Of a DNA stretch of 20,000 bases, positions 1-7,798 are shown in pieces. The position numbers and the translations under genes are program-made. The DNA is from an uncultured virus (IMG/VR IMGVR_UViG_3300046780_000922) (Duplodnaviria; Heunggongvirae; Uroviricota; Caudoviricetes). A model generated the notes under the pieces. It was not told where the DNA came from, did not search any database, and was given only the letters and a program-made list of their open reading frames with translations. Positions within the stretch are counted from its first letter, which is position 1; each line of letters starts with the position of its first letter. The DNA lies in IMG/VR virus record IMGVR_UViG_3300046780_000922. One strand, given 5' to 3'.

Positions 1-252
1 GATCAAGAGCTCTTCGGTCGAGACGTTGCCGCCGGCAGCCGCGATGTTCGTGTCCGCCTCGGTCGAGGTGATCTTGACGGTCGCGTTGGACGTGGCGGGA
101 ACGGGCTCGCCCACGTTGTAACCGAACGCCTCGAGCACCGGATCGGTGAATCCCGTCAGGAACATGACCGCGCTGAAGACGGGCTTATCGACCCAGTCTC
201 CGAGCGTGAGCTCCGTTCCATCGGGGAGCCGAATGTTGACGATCGTGTCCAT
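1..252 (-). CDS. Putative major capsid protein (jelly-roll-like), N-terminal 84 aa, runs off the window
   Basis: Not in the ORF track; translated by hand: MDTIVNIRLPDGTELTLGDWVDKPVFSAVMFLTGFTDPVLEAFGYNVGEPVPATSNATVKITSTEADTNIAAAGGNVSTEELLI. GGAGA RBS 8 nt upstream. Beta-rich, with a D-x-P-x-F/Y-S...F-x-Y-x-x-G...T-x-x-DTN...G...EE-L pattern that I recall from putative jelly-roll capsid proteins. The CDS is solid; the function is inferred. Confidence 0.55.
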   Translation of the reverse strand, partial: MDTIVNIRLPDGTELTLGDWVDKPVFSAVMFLTGFTDPVLEAFGYNVGEPVPATSNATVKITSTEADTNIAAAGGNVSTEELLI

Positions 253-311
253 GCTCTTGATCTCCGAACGGAGGGCTTGTGCCCGCCATCGTTATAGGAG
301 GGCCGTCCGGC

Positions 312-902
312 TCAGTTCCCCGGCGTCCCGAAGGCCGACGGGTTGATCGAGCCCACGTTCACGCTCTCGCCGTAGGCGCCGGAGATCCCGTAGCGACGGT
401 AGGGGTTGCGATTGGCCGCGGGCTCCATGACGATGCCGCGCGCGCCGGGACCCATGAGGTTCTGCGGAATCACGACACCCATGCGACCCGAGACGCCGTT
501 CGGCACCGGCGCAGGCACGGGCACACTCGACGTGGCGATCATCGCAGCGGCGCGTGAGCTCATCACTGCATCGTGGGCAAGAAGAATGCCCGCGGTGAGC
601 GATCCGGCCGAGGCTTGCATGAATGCAGCGGGGGCACCGGCCAAGAAGTAGATCAGCGCCGATCCGACGCCGTTCACGGCGAGCCCGACCAGCGGCGCCC
701 ACTTGAACATCGCGGCCTGCGTGGCGCCCTGGCTGGGATCGACCCAGTAGCGCAACCCGAGCGCGGTCAAGCCAGCGAGGATGACGCCGAGAGCGGGAGG
801 AGCAATGGAGCCCAGCGCCGAAGCCGGCTGGTTGAGCGCCCCGATGCCCTTCATGCGGCGAATGGTGATCAACGAACCGGTTCCGTGGTGCTTGCGTGCC
901 AT
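312..902 (-). CDS. Multi-pass membrane protein, putative virion protein immediately upstream of the capsid-like gene
   Basis: 196 aa, GGGAGA RBS, basic N-terminus ending RRMKGIG, 2-3 hydrophobic helices, Gly/Pro-rich C-terminus. Confidence 0.8.
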   Translation of the reverse strand: MARKHHGTGSLITIRRMKGIGALNQPASALGSIAPPALGVILAGLTALGLRYWVDPSQGATQAAMFKWAPLVGLAVNGVGSALIYFLAGAPAAFMQASAGSLTAGILLAHDAVMSSRAAAMIATSSVPVPAPVPNGVSGRMGVVIPQNLMGPGARGIVMEPAANRNPYRRYGISGAYGESVNVGSINPSAFGTPGN

Positions 903-913
903 GTCACTGTCTC

Positions 914-941
914 CCTACCAGGGTCCAACCCTGGCGTTCAG
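914..941 (-). promoter_or_regulatory. Bipartite motif copy 1: CTGAACGC-N11-CCTGGTAGG (putative late promoter/operator)
   Basis: Identical half-sites and 11-nt spacer at 914-941, 3812-3839 and 9831-9858, each directly upstream of a minus-strand gene. Confidence 0.7.
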
Positions 942-1222
942 CCTTTTCTGTCCTGGACGTGGAACTTGGTGCTGGCTCGGCCCTTCTTGGTGAACGCCTG
1001 CGCAACACGGTCTGCGGTTCCCTTGTCCTCGTAGCAGTGCACCACCTTGCCCTTGTGGGAGACAACGCAGTGCGAACCTTTGCCCTTACTTCTCGGCTTG
1101 CGCGGCTTCTTCGCCGGAGCCGCGTGCGTCTCGATGACGAGCGGCGCTGATCGGGAGAGTGGGACCTTGATGTCTGTCTCTCCCGACTCGCAATGGCAGT
1201 CGCCGAGACCGCCGAGCTTCAC
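938..1222 (-). CDS. Small basic Cys-containing protein (94 aa)
   Basis: Start reassigned to GTG at 1222 (GTGA overlap with upstream stop, GGAAGGGG RBS): MKLGGLGDCHCES...KKPRKPRSKGKGSHCVVSHKGKVVHCYEDKGTADRVA. Confidence 0.75.
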   Translation of the reverse strand: MKLGGLGDCHCESGETDIKVPLSRSAPLVIETHAAPAKKPRKPRSKGKGSHCVVSHKGKVVHCYEDKGTADRVAQAFTKKGRASTKFHVQDRKG

Positions 1223-1758
1223 CTGTGGCGCCCCTTCCGGCGCTTCGTCCACCAACGCACACCGAGGAGCAAACCGATTGCTCCGAACACACTGACGCCG
1301 GTCCAGATCGCGACCGTCATCACCTTCGAGCCCGTGGCCGCAGCCGTCGCCGACGCGACCTCGTTGCGGAGATTGCCCGCCAGATCCGAGAGACGCGTGA
1401 GCTCGTCTTGCCACGCCTGAAGCGTCGAGTCATCGAGCGTCGAAACCCGGTCCGAGAGGCGCTGCGAACCGGACGAGACCTCGTCCATACGGCTGATCCA
1501 GTCAGCCTGCTGCTGAGGATCGACGATGTTGCTTTGCGCAGCCTGATTCAGGAGCGCGGTGATCTCATCGAGCACGGCGAAGAGATCGTTGACGCGGCCG
1601 AGCAGCTGCTCTTGGTAGGTGTTCGTGATCGTCGTACCAAGACCGCGAATCCTACGCGCGCCCATCGGCACCATCGCCGCCGACTTCATCGCGGGCGCAG
1701 AGTAGTTCACGTGCGAACGGACCGCGCCGAATGCCGGCTTCTTCGTGTAGAGGCTCAT
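1219..1758 (-). CDS. Coiled-coil protein with C-terminal TM anchor and basic tail (179 aa)
   Basis: Start reassigned to ATG 1758 (ATGA overlap). RRIRGLG motif, helical heptad-like core, TM segment then WWTKRRKGRHR. Confidence 0.8.
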   Translation of the reverse strand: MSLYTKKPAFGAVRSHVNYSAPAMKSAAMVPMGARRIRGLGTTITNTYQEQLLGRVNDLFAVLDEITALLNQAAQSNIVDPQQQADWISRMDEVSSGSQRLSDRVSTLDDSTLQAWQDELTRLSDLAGNLRNEVASATAAATGSKVMTVAIWTGVSVFGAIGLLLGVRWWTKRRKGRHR

Positions 1759-2474
1759 GCCGTTCGCCTCCGCGATCGCTTGACCTTGTGCCAGGGAAAG
1801 AAGAGCAAGCCCACGCCGAGTGTCACCACAGCCACCGTGCCGATGGCCCAAGGCCAGAGCGCGTTGGTAGCCGACTGCACGTTCTGACCAGGGATGAAGA
1901 AGGCGTCTGCGGGCGCAGACGGGACCGCTGGAGCTTCCGTGGCGATCTGTTGCTCTGGCGTAGCAACAGCCTGGTGCGCGCTCGTCGTGTCCACGCCATC
2001 GACGAAGTTCTGTGCCCAGCTCTGGAGATGCGGTGCTGCATCCTGCGCCGCGACCGAGTTAGCGATGTTCCACGCCGCCCAGATCGGATCGTCCATCGTC
2101 TTGAGCGGGATGAACGACACTGCGGCCCAGCTCGCAGCAGCCGAAGCGCCCGCATTCGTAGGACAGTGCGCCTCGTCCACGCACCCGAGCGGCATGCTCC
2201 TGAGCTGATCGGCCGTGAAGACGTTGCCGTAAAAGAGCGCGCGCTGGAGTGCTGCACGCGCCAGCTCGTCGTACATGCCCGTGGCCTGCATGTTGGCGAA
2301 GAGCGCTCGAGTCTGCGCCGAGAGACCCTGGCCGAAGACATCGAGATGCGCCTGAAGGAACTGCTGAAGCGTGATGAGGATCTGCGGCGCACGAATCCAG
2401 TCACCTCGCCAGAGCGCAACGAAGTACGCCCAAGCGAGCATGGTGCCAGCAGCAGCAACGCGCGTCGGATTCAT
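1755..2474 (-). CDS. Membrane-anchored hypothetical protein (239 aa)
   Basis: Ala-rich; C-terminal TM (WAIGTVAVVTLGVGLLFFPW) followed by HKVKRSRRR. Confidence 0.8.
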   Translation of the reverse strand: MNPTRVAAAGTMLAWAYFVALWRGDWIRAPQILITLQQFLQAHLDVFGQGLSAQTRALFANMQATGMYDELARAALQRALFYGNVFTADQLRSMPLGCVDEAHCPTNAGASAAASWAAVSFIPLKTMDDPIWAAWNIANSVAAQDAAPHLQSWAQNFVDGVDTTSAHQAVATPEQQIATEAPAVPSAPADAFFIPGQNVQSATNALWPWAIGTVAVVTLGVGLLFFPWHKVKRSRRRTA

Positions 2475-2492
2475 CAGTCACACTTCAGCAGC

Positions 2493-2690
2493 TCAGGTGC
2501 CTTCCCAGTGGTGCCCGCGCGAGTCGTAGTACGCCCGCGTCGCGTAGTGCCGATGCGTGCGCTTCTTCGTGGCCTTCTTGGCCCCGCGCTTCTTCGGACA
2601 GCAGAGCAATCTGCCACCCTTGACGCGCTTGCAGACCTGGCCCTTCTTCTTCGCGCGCGAGAACTTGCAGACCGGCTTTCGCTTGGCCAT
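2493..2690 (-). CDS. Small Lys/Arg/Cys-rich protein, paralog A (65 aa)
   Basis: ATG 2690 with AGGAG RBS; MAKRKPVCKFSRAKKKGQVCKRVKGGRLLCCPKKRG... Confidence 0.8.
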   Translation of the reverse strand: MAKRKPVCKFSRAKKKGQVCKRVKGGRLLCCPKKRGAKKATKKRTHRHYATRAYYDSRGHHWEGT

Positions 2691-2701
2691 CGACGTACTC
2701 C

Positions 2702-2827
2702 TCAGCGGCGGTGCTTGCGCCGACGATGACGCGCACGGCCCTTCGGACAGCACAGAAGCGCGCCACCCTTGACCCGCTTGCAGTGCTGGCCCTTCTTGGT
2801 GCTCCGAGAAAACTTGCAGCGTGCCAT
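2702..2827 (-). CDS. Small Lys/Arg/Cys-rich protein, paralog B (41 aa)
   Basis: ATG 2827 with AGGGA RBS; MARCKFSRSTKKGQHCKRVKGGALLCCPKGRARHRRRKHRR; core near-identical to the adjacent gene. Confidence 0.8.
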   Translation of the reverse strand: MARCKFSRSTKKGQHCKRVKGGALLCCPKGRARHRRRKHRR

Positions 2828-2829
2828 GT

Positions 2830-3372
2830 TCAGGTTCCCTTGCGCTTGCGGGTCAAAAAGAAGATCGCTGCCAGCAAGCCGGTGACAGCAACCACTGGTG
2901 GCCCCCAGGACCACGCGAACTGCGCGAACGACGACGACTTAGCCGCCGCGTACGGATTGGGCGGGATCACGAGCTTACCCGAACCATCGGAGGCGAAAGT
3001 CTGTGCGATCGTGCTGGGCCCGGGCGCCAGCATGATCGGCGGGTCGGACGGGGCGTCCATCGTGCCCGGGTTGACGTCCGGGGTGTTGAGCGCCGAAGCC
3101 GCGTTGATGAGCGAGCTCATGCTCGGATGTGCAATCGAACTGCCCGAGTAGTCCGCCGTGGTCGTGGCGGGCTGCTGCGCCTGAAGTTGCGTCTGGTAGC
3201 GCTGGAGCGCCGAGAGCAACTGCACCGGGCTGTAGGTCGCCGTGGCCCGCTGCACCATCGTCAACGATTGCGTCATCGGCAAGCGCAGCATGGTCCCGGC
3301 CGCGACCGGGCTGGGGATGTCGGCCGAGCCCGCGCCGAGTCCGCGAATGTTGTAGCGTCGCGCGACGATCAT
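2830..3372 (-). CDS. Membrane-anchored Pro/Ala/Gln-rich protein (180 aa)
   Basis: Start reassigned to ATG 3372 (TGATG overlap): MIVARRYNIRGLG...; C-terminal TM plus TRKRKGT. Confidence 0.8.
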   Translation of the reverse strand: MIVARRYNIRGLGAGSADIPSPVAAGTMLRLPMTQSLTMVQRATATYSPVQLLSALQRYQTQLQAQQPATTTADYSGSSIAHPSMSSLINAASALNTPDVNPGTMDAPSDPPIMLAPGPSTIAQTFASDGSGKLVIPPNPYAAAKSSSFAQFAWSWGPPVVAVTGLLAAIFFLTRKRKGT

Positions 3373-3803
3373 CAGAGTGCCGCCTTGAGAGCGAGCGCGC
3401 CCACGAGCACGATCGCACCGCCAATCACCCACGTCGCAGGCTTCTGGTACCAGGGCGTCAGCGCGCTGGCGTCGGGGCAAGAGAAGTTCGTCACGCCCGC
3501 CGCGAGCACGCGCTGTTGAAAGCCGGCCGGATCGGCCGCACAGACCTGCGCCATCAAGTTCTGCGTCGGCAGATCCGCATTGGTCGCCATCGCCATCTGC
3601 TGGACCATGCACTGACATTGGCCAGTCCCCATCGAGGTACCGGTCGGGACGATGGTGCCGCCGGGCGGGGGTACCATCGGCGGCATCGGAGGCGCCGCAA
3701 CGTTCGCCGCCGCGTCCCCGTACTGCGCGCTCATCGCCGACACGAGCGCACGGGCGGCTGTCATGTCCAGCCCGAGTCCCTGCACGCGACGCATGATGAG
3801 CAT
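3372..3803 (-). CDS. Membrane-anchored protein (143 aa)
   Basis: AGGAGA RBS; MLIMRRVQGLG; four Cys; PWYQKP followed by a C-terminal TM. Confidence 0.85.
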   Translation of the reverse strand: MLIMRRVQGLGLDMTAARALVSAMSAQYGDAAANVAAPPMPPMVPPPGGTIVPTGTSMGTGQCQCMVQQMAMATNADLPTQNLMAQVCAADPAGFQQRVLAAGVTNFSCPDASALTPWYQKPATWVIGGAIVLVGALALKAAL

Positions 3804-3811
3804 ATCGTTCT

Positions 3812-3839
3812 CCTACCAGGCACTTTCTGGAGCGTTCAG
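3812..3839 (-). promoter_or_regulatory. Bipartite motif copy 2: CTGAACGC-N11-CCTGGTAGG
   Basis: Fills the 38-bp intergenic gap; 8 nt upstream of ATG 3803. Confidence 0.7.
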
Positions 3840-3841
3840 CT

Positions 3842-5791
3842 TTATCTGGTCGCCTTGTACAGGAGCAGACCGCCGAGACCGAGTCCGAGCGCACCCAGAA
3901 CCACCCAACCCGTGTAGTTGGCGGGCGGCTGAATCGGTGGTCCGGGCGTGAGCCCCGGACCGAACGAGGGGAGTGAACCAGGCGCGGCCGGCGTCGCCGT
4001 CGCTGCAACGTCGTGCCAGACCGAGACGGGGAGACCGGCCGAAGCGGCGGCCTGAATCGCCGTGGCGCGAGCCACGACCGCCTGCGTGTTCCCGTCGCTC
4101 GGATCGAAGTCACACGCAGCGTCAGTCGAGCTCTTGATCATGCGCATGACGGGCGGAGGGATGCAGGCGGCCTCCCAACCGAACGTGCCCGCAGCGAGCG
4201 CACCCGAGATCAACTTGGCCAGCGCTTCGACCAGCGCACCCACCGCAGCGATGATGGCGCCGACGACCGTACCGACGACGGGAATGGCTGCCGCGATCCC
4301 TGCGGCGAGCCCGAAGATCGGCGCGATGACTTCCGAGGCGTCCTGAAAGGCCTTCTCACTGAGCGCGTTGCGGAGCGCGGCGAGCGAAGCAGACGCGAGG
4401 TTGTGATACTGCTCGGGGATGATCGCGATCGCGTCGAGGTACGCCTGAAAGCCGTTCGCAACCATCGTCTCGAACGACGTGTTCACAACATCTTGCGCCC
4501 AAGCGATGCAGAGCTTGATCTGGAGCGCAGCCGAGGCCCACCAGAACTTCGTGGACACCGTGGCCATGGACGAGCGCACAGCCACACCGGAACCGCTGCG
4601 CGTCATCCGGGCCCGCGCGTAGAAGTTGCCTCGCTGAGGCACGAAGTCCGACGCGCCGAGCGTGGTCTGGTACCAGAGCTGCATCCGGCGCGAGATCGAA
4701 CTGTCGGCCGCCGAGACAACGACCCAGCTCGCCGGCCACGGAGCTCCGGTCGTAACGGCCTGTCCCATCGTGGCCATCTGCGCCGCGACATCCCGCGAAT
4801 CACCCATGCCGCGAGCCGGCGGGAGCGGATCGAAATCACCCCAGACCGTGTCCGTGTTGCAGGTGGTCGTGCCCGGGTAGGCGACGGCGGTCGCGGCCTT
4901 CTCCGGCGAACAGGCGAGCGTGCTCTTACGCGAGACCGGGACTGCGATCGCGCGATTGCTGCCGGGCCCGAGCGCGGGGAGACCACGAGCCGTGTCATCC
5001 AGAACGAACGGACCGACGGCCGGCTCGAGCAAGGACATGTTGACCGCCGTGCACGGCTCGAAGTCGGCCGCCACGCGCGGGAAGACAAAGGCGGCCTTGT
5101 AGTCGACGGCCATCACGCTCGGCTTGAAGAGATTGACGAGCAGCTGGTCTTTGAGCGGATAGAAGTCGTCGGCATTGACCCGCGAGGGGGCGGCCACACC
5201 GCGGAGATCGATCGAGGCGTGGTCCGCGAGCACCTGCTGGAGCACGGCCTGCGCGGCCGGCATGTCGTTGACGTCCGGCAAGTAGCCGGGATGGATGTTC
5301 GTGGCCCAGCGCGACATCGTCACGAGCTGCATGACCTGCCGGCACCAGTCGACCCACGCCGAGGCGTAACGGGGCTGGTTGTTGTCGACCGTCAAGCCCT
5401 GCTGGCCACCGGGCGTGGCCGCGAGCAGGTGCGCGAGCTGCGTCTGGCACCACAGATAGCGATCGGCCTGAAACATGACCTGGAGATAGGCCTGCGCGTC
5501 ACACGCGCGATCCACCTGGATGAATCGCCAGTTGCACATCGTGCCGCCTTCACCGGCCTGATTGCACGTCGTGAGATCGGGGTTACCAGTCGCAGCGCAG
5601 CGGGTGCCGTCGACCGGCCGGGCCTGCGCTGCGTACGCGCCATCACGCGCCCACATCGTGCTCGGCGCAACGCCGCTGATGTGCTCGAGGACGTCACTAC
5701 CGAGGTGAGTCGCGACGAACGACGACAGGCGCCCGGCCAGCTCTTGGGCCGTGGGCATGTAGAACGTCGTCTGCGGGCTCGTACCAGTCAC
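3842..5791 (-). CDS. Large membrane-anchored protein (649 aa), possible spike or DNA-delivery protein
   Basis: Long ORF with protein-like composition; multiple Cys; Gly-zipper hydrophobic segment AAGIAAAIPVVGTVVGAIIAAVG; Pro-rich linker and C-terminal TM. The start could alternatively be ATG 5758. Confidence 0.8.
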   Translation of the reverse strand: MTGTSPQTTFYMPTAQELAGRLSSFVATHLGSDVLEHISGVAPSTMWARDGAYAAQARPVDGTRCAATGNPDLTTCNQAGEGGTMCNWRFIQVDRACDAQAYLQVMFQADRYLWCQTQLAHLLAATPGGQQGLTVDNNQPRYASAWVDWCRQVMQLVTMSRWATNIHPGYLPDVNDMPAAQAVLQQVLADHASIDLRGVAAPSRVNADDFYPLKDQLLVNLFKPSVMAVDYKAAFVFPRVAADFEPCTAVNMSLLEPAVGPFVLDDTARGLPALGPGSNRAIAVPVSRKSTLACSPEKAATAVAYPGTTTCNTDTVWGDFDPLPPARGMGDSRDVAAQMATMGQAVTTGAPWPASWVVVSAADSSISRRMQLWYQTTLGASDFVPQRGNFYARARMTRSGSGVAVRSSMATVSTKFWWASAALQIKLCIAWAQDVVNTSFETMVANGFQAYLDAIAIIPEQYHNLASASLAALRNALSEKAFQDASEVIAPIFGLAAGIAAAIPVVGTVVGAIIAAVGALVEALAKLISGALAAGTFGWEAACIPPPVMRMIKSSTDAACDFDPSDGNTQAVVARATAIQAAASAGLPVSVWHDVAATATPAAPGSLPSFGPGLTPGPPIQPPANYTGWVVLGALGLGLGGLLLYKATR

Positions 5792-5795
5792 GGGA

Positions 5796-6017
5796 CTACC
5801 TACGCGCGGGCCGGTAGAAGTAGATCGAGGTCAGAAGACCGCCGATCAGCAGGCCCCCAACTGCACCCACGGCCATGCCGACCCAGAGATCAGTGAGCGG
5901 ACCGATGGCCGAACCCGGCTGCGTCTGACCGAGACGACGACCGAGACCAGACGCACGAAGCGCCTGATGCTCGAGCGCGTGCGCGATCAAAATCTGCTGA
6001 GGGACCTGCTGCGGCAT
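5796..6017 (-). CDS. Small single-TM protein (73 aa)
   Basis: GGAGG RBS; RASGLGRRLG, then TM and RPARR. Confidence 0.8.
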   Translation of the reverse strand: MPQQVPQQILIAHALEHQALRASGLGRRLGQTQPGSAIGPLTDLWVGMAVGAVGGLLIGGLLTSIYFYRPARR

Positions 6018-6025
6018 ACGCCCTC

Positions 6026-6580
6026 CTACTTCCGCAGTGCGAAGAAGACGCCGACCGCACCGAGCACGCCGATCGCCGCCAGCCCGCCGTAGAACACGCC
6101 GGGGCTAAGGCCGAGGATCATGTGCTGCGCCTGCATCTGCGCCTGCGCGGCCATCATCTGGGCCTGCGACTGTTGCTGCATCGTGAGCTGCTGGATCTGC
6201 GCCAGCGCTGCGGCCGTGGACTGCGCGGCCGGGTCGGACGAGATGACCTGCCCGGCAGCCTGCGCACGCGCGGCCGTGCATGCCGCGTTGAACGCGGTCG
6301 TGGCGGCCTGCACGCCCGTGCCGGCCTGCTGCCAGCCCTGGTCGTGCTGAGCCGCGAGCCCAGCACCGATACCGGCCGTCAGCGTCGAGATGAGCGCCGA
6401 TGCCGGATCGTTACACATCTCGGCCGCAGTGAGACCGAGATGTCCGCGCATCGAGTTGATCGACGTACCGCGCTGGCTGCGCCCCATGCCGGCAAGCACG
6501 AGCTCACCCAAGACGCGACCGGGCGGAGGCCGATACGCGCCAGCCACCGGCAGCCCCGAGAGAGTCATCACACGTGCCAT
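6026..6580 (-). CDS. Ala/Gln-rich membrane-anchored protein (184 aa)
   Basis: AAGGAG RBS; LAGMG/GHLG motifs; Gln-rich helix; C-terminal TM plus RK. Confidence 0.8.
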   Translation of the reverse strand: MARVMTLSGLPVAGAYRPPPGRVLGELVLAGMGRSQRGTSINSMRGHLGLTAAEMCNDPASALISTLTAGIGAGLAAQHDQGWQQAGTGVQAATTAFNAACTAARAQAAGQVISSDPAAQSTAAALAQIQQLTMQQQSQAQMMAAQAQMQAQHMILGLSPGVFYGGLAAIGVLGAVGVFFALRK

Positions 6581-6592
6581 CTTGATTGCTCC

Positions 6593-7183
6593 TTACCGAC
6601 GACGATGCTTGCGCCCGTGCTGGTAGTACCAGTAGAGCCCGCCTGCGGTGGCCACCGAGCCCACACCGAGCAGACCCCAGATCCACCAGTCGATGCCGAG
6701 CCAGCCCGTGGTTTGCGCGGACGGCATGAGCACCATGGACGGCGTGGGATGGAACGGCGCGAGCGCGCTCGCGCCCGGACCGGTCGAGATTGCGGCCGAC
6801 GCTGCCGCACGCTGAGCCGGCGTCGTGGCCCGCCCGGGCGAAGTCGCGGCGGCCTGCGCACCCGCGTACACGGCAGCTGCACGCTGTGCCGGTGCGGGAG
6901 TCTGCGGGGAGTAGGTCCCGTCGTACATCCGCGCGAAGCTGTAGAGCACCTGCTGGATCGGCGCCGGCATGTCGACCTGCGTGGCTCGCCGAACCGGGCT
7001 CATGAGGAGCCCGGCCGCGCCGATCAGATCGGGCGACTGCATCGCCACCCACCCGTCGAACGCGTTCTGCGTGTTCGGCCCCCAGAGCCCATCCAGCGTC
7101 CCAGGCGCGCTGATGTGGTTGGGGTCCTGCAAATGGGCGACCGTCAGCGCCTTCTGCACGTCCAAGGTGGAGATCATGGTCAT
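6593..7183 (-). CDS. Peptidoglycan-binding domain protein with C-terminal TM
   Basis: N-terminal DVQKAL...LDGLWGPNTQNA matches the PG_binding_1 DGxxGxxTxxA signature; short PAQRAAA repeat x2; TM plus GRKHRRR; AGGAGA RBS. Confidence 0.8.
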   Translation of the reverse strand: MTMISTLDVQKALTVAHLQDPNHISAPGTLDGLWGPNTQNAFDGWVAMQSPDLIGAAGLLMSPVRRATQVDMPAPIQQVLYSFARMYDGTYSPQTPAPAQRAAAVYAGAQAAATSPGRATTPAQRAAASAAISTGPGASALAPFHPTPSMVLMPSAQTTGWLGIDWWIWGLLGVGSVATAGGLYWYYQHGRKHRRR

Positions 7184-7195
7184 CGAACTATCTCC

Positions 7196-7504
7196 TCACT
7201 TGCAGGCGACGGTGATGCGCTTGCCCGTCTTGCTCTTGCGATGCGCTTCCTTCGGCAAGCGCGCGGCCACGCCCACCTCACAGAACGCATGATGACCGCG
7301 GATGCGACAGCCCTTGCGGATCTTGCCCTTCTTGCCGCCCGACTGGACGATCGCGCAGGCCTTGGGCACCTGCTTCTTGAGCGAGGCGCCGCTCGAGACG
7401 TGCGTCCACGTCTTGCCCTTGGCGCAAGACGGGCTCTTGCACGAGCCACTGATTCCTGCCCGGCGCATGACCGAACGAGCCTTCCGAGAATGACGCTTCG
7501 CCAT
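7196..7504 (-). CDS. Basic Cys-rich protein (102 aa)
   Basis: Start reassigned to ATG 7504 with GAGGAA RBS; MAKRHSRKARSVMRRAGISGSCKSPSC...; six Cys; very Lys/Arg rich. Confidence 0.75.
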   Translation of the reverse strand: MAKRHSRKARSVMRRAGISGSCKSPSCAKGKTWTHVSSGASLKKQVPKACAIVQSGGKKGKIRKGCRIRGHHAFCEVGVAARLPKEAHRKSKTGKRITVACK

Positions 7505-7512
7505 GACTTTCC

Positions 7513-7797
7513 TCAAACGATCTTCTGGTAGAGATCGATCAACACGCTTGCGAGGTGACCGCCTGCGAGAGGCGGGATGATTGGATCGCCGTCTTCTTCG
7601 TGGAGCGCGTCCATGTACTCCCACGCGCCCGGCTCGCTGAGCTTCCACTCGACGCGATGGCCCGCCTGGAACGCAGCCTCGTCAGCATCTCGAGCGATCT
7701 CGAGGTGTCCATAAAGCACGCGGCCGGACTCGTAGCGACCGGCGATATACGCCAGCGCGGAGAGATCCTGACGGTCCAGGTGAAGCGAGTAGGCCAC
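7513..7797 (-). CDS. Acidic hypothetical protein (94 aa)
   Basis: Fills the gap between coupled genes; globular composition. Confidence 0.7.
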   Translation of the reverse strand: MAYSLHLDRQDLSALAYIAGRYESGRVLYGHLEIARDADEAAFQAGHRVEWKLSEPGAWEYMDALHEEDGDPIIPPLAGGHLASVLIDLYQKIV

Positions 7798-7798
7798 A

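Noticed and set aside
2493..2827. Duplicated segment as a DGR template/variable repeat pair
   Set aside because: Differences are not adenine-specific, both copies are intact genes with RBSs, and no reverse transcriptase is in the window
4013..5896. 627-aa plus-strand ORF (and similar ones at 1731-2729, 6122-7531, 9646-10668, 14412-15155)
   Set aside because: Arg/Gly/His-rich antisense shadows of GC3-rich minus-strand genes, with no motifs or RBS support
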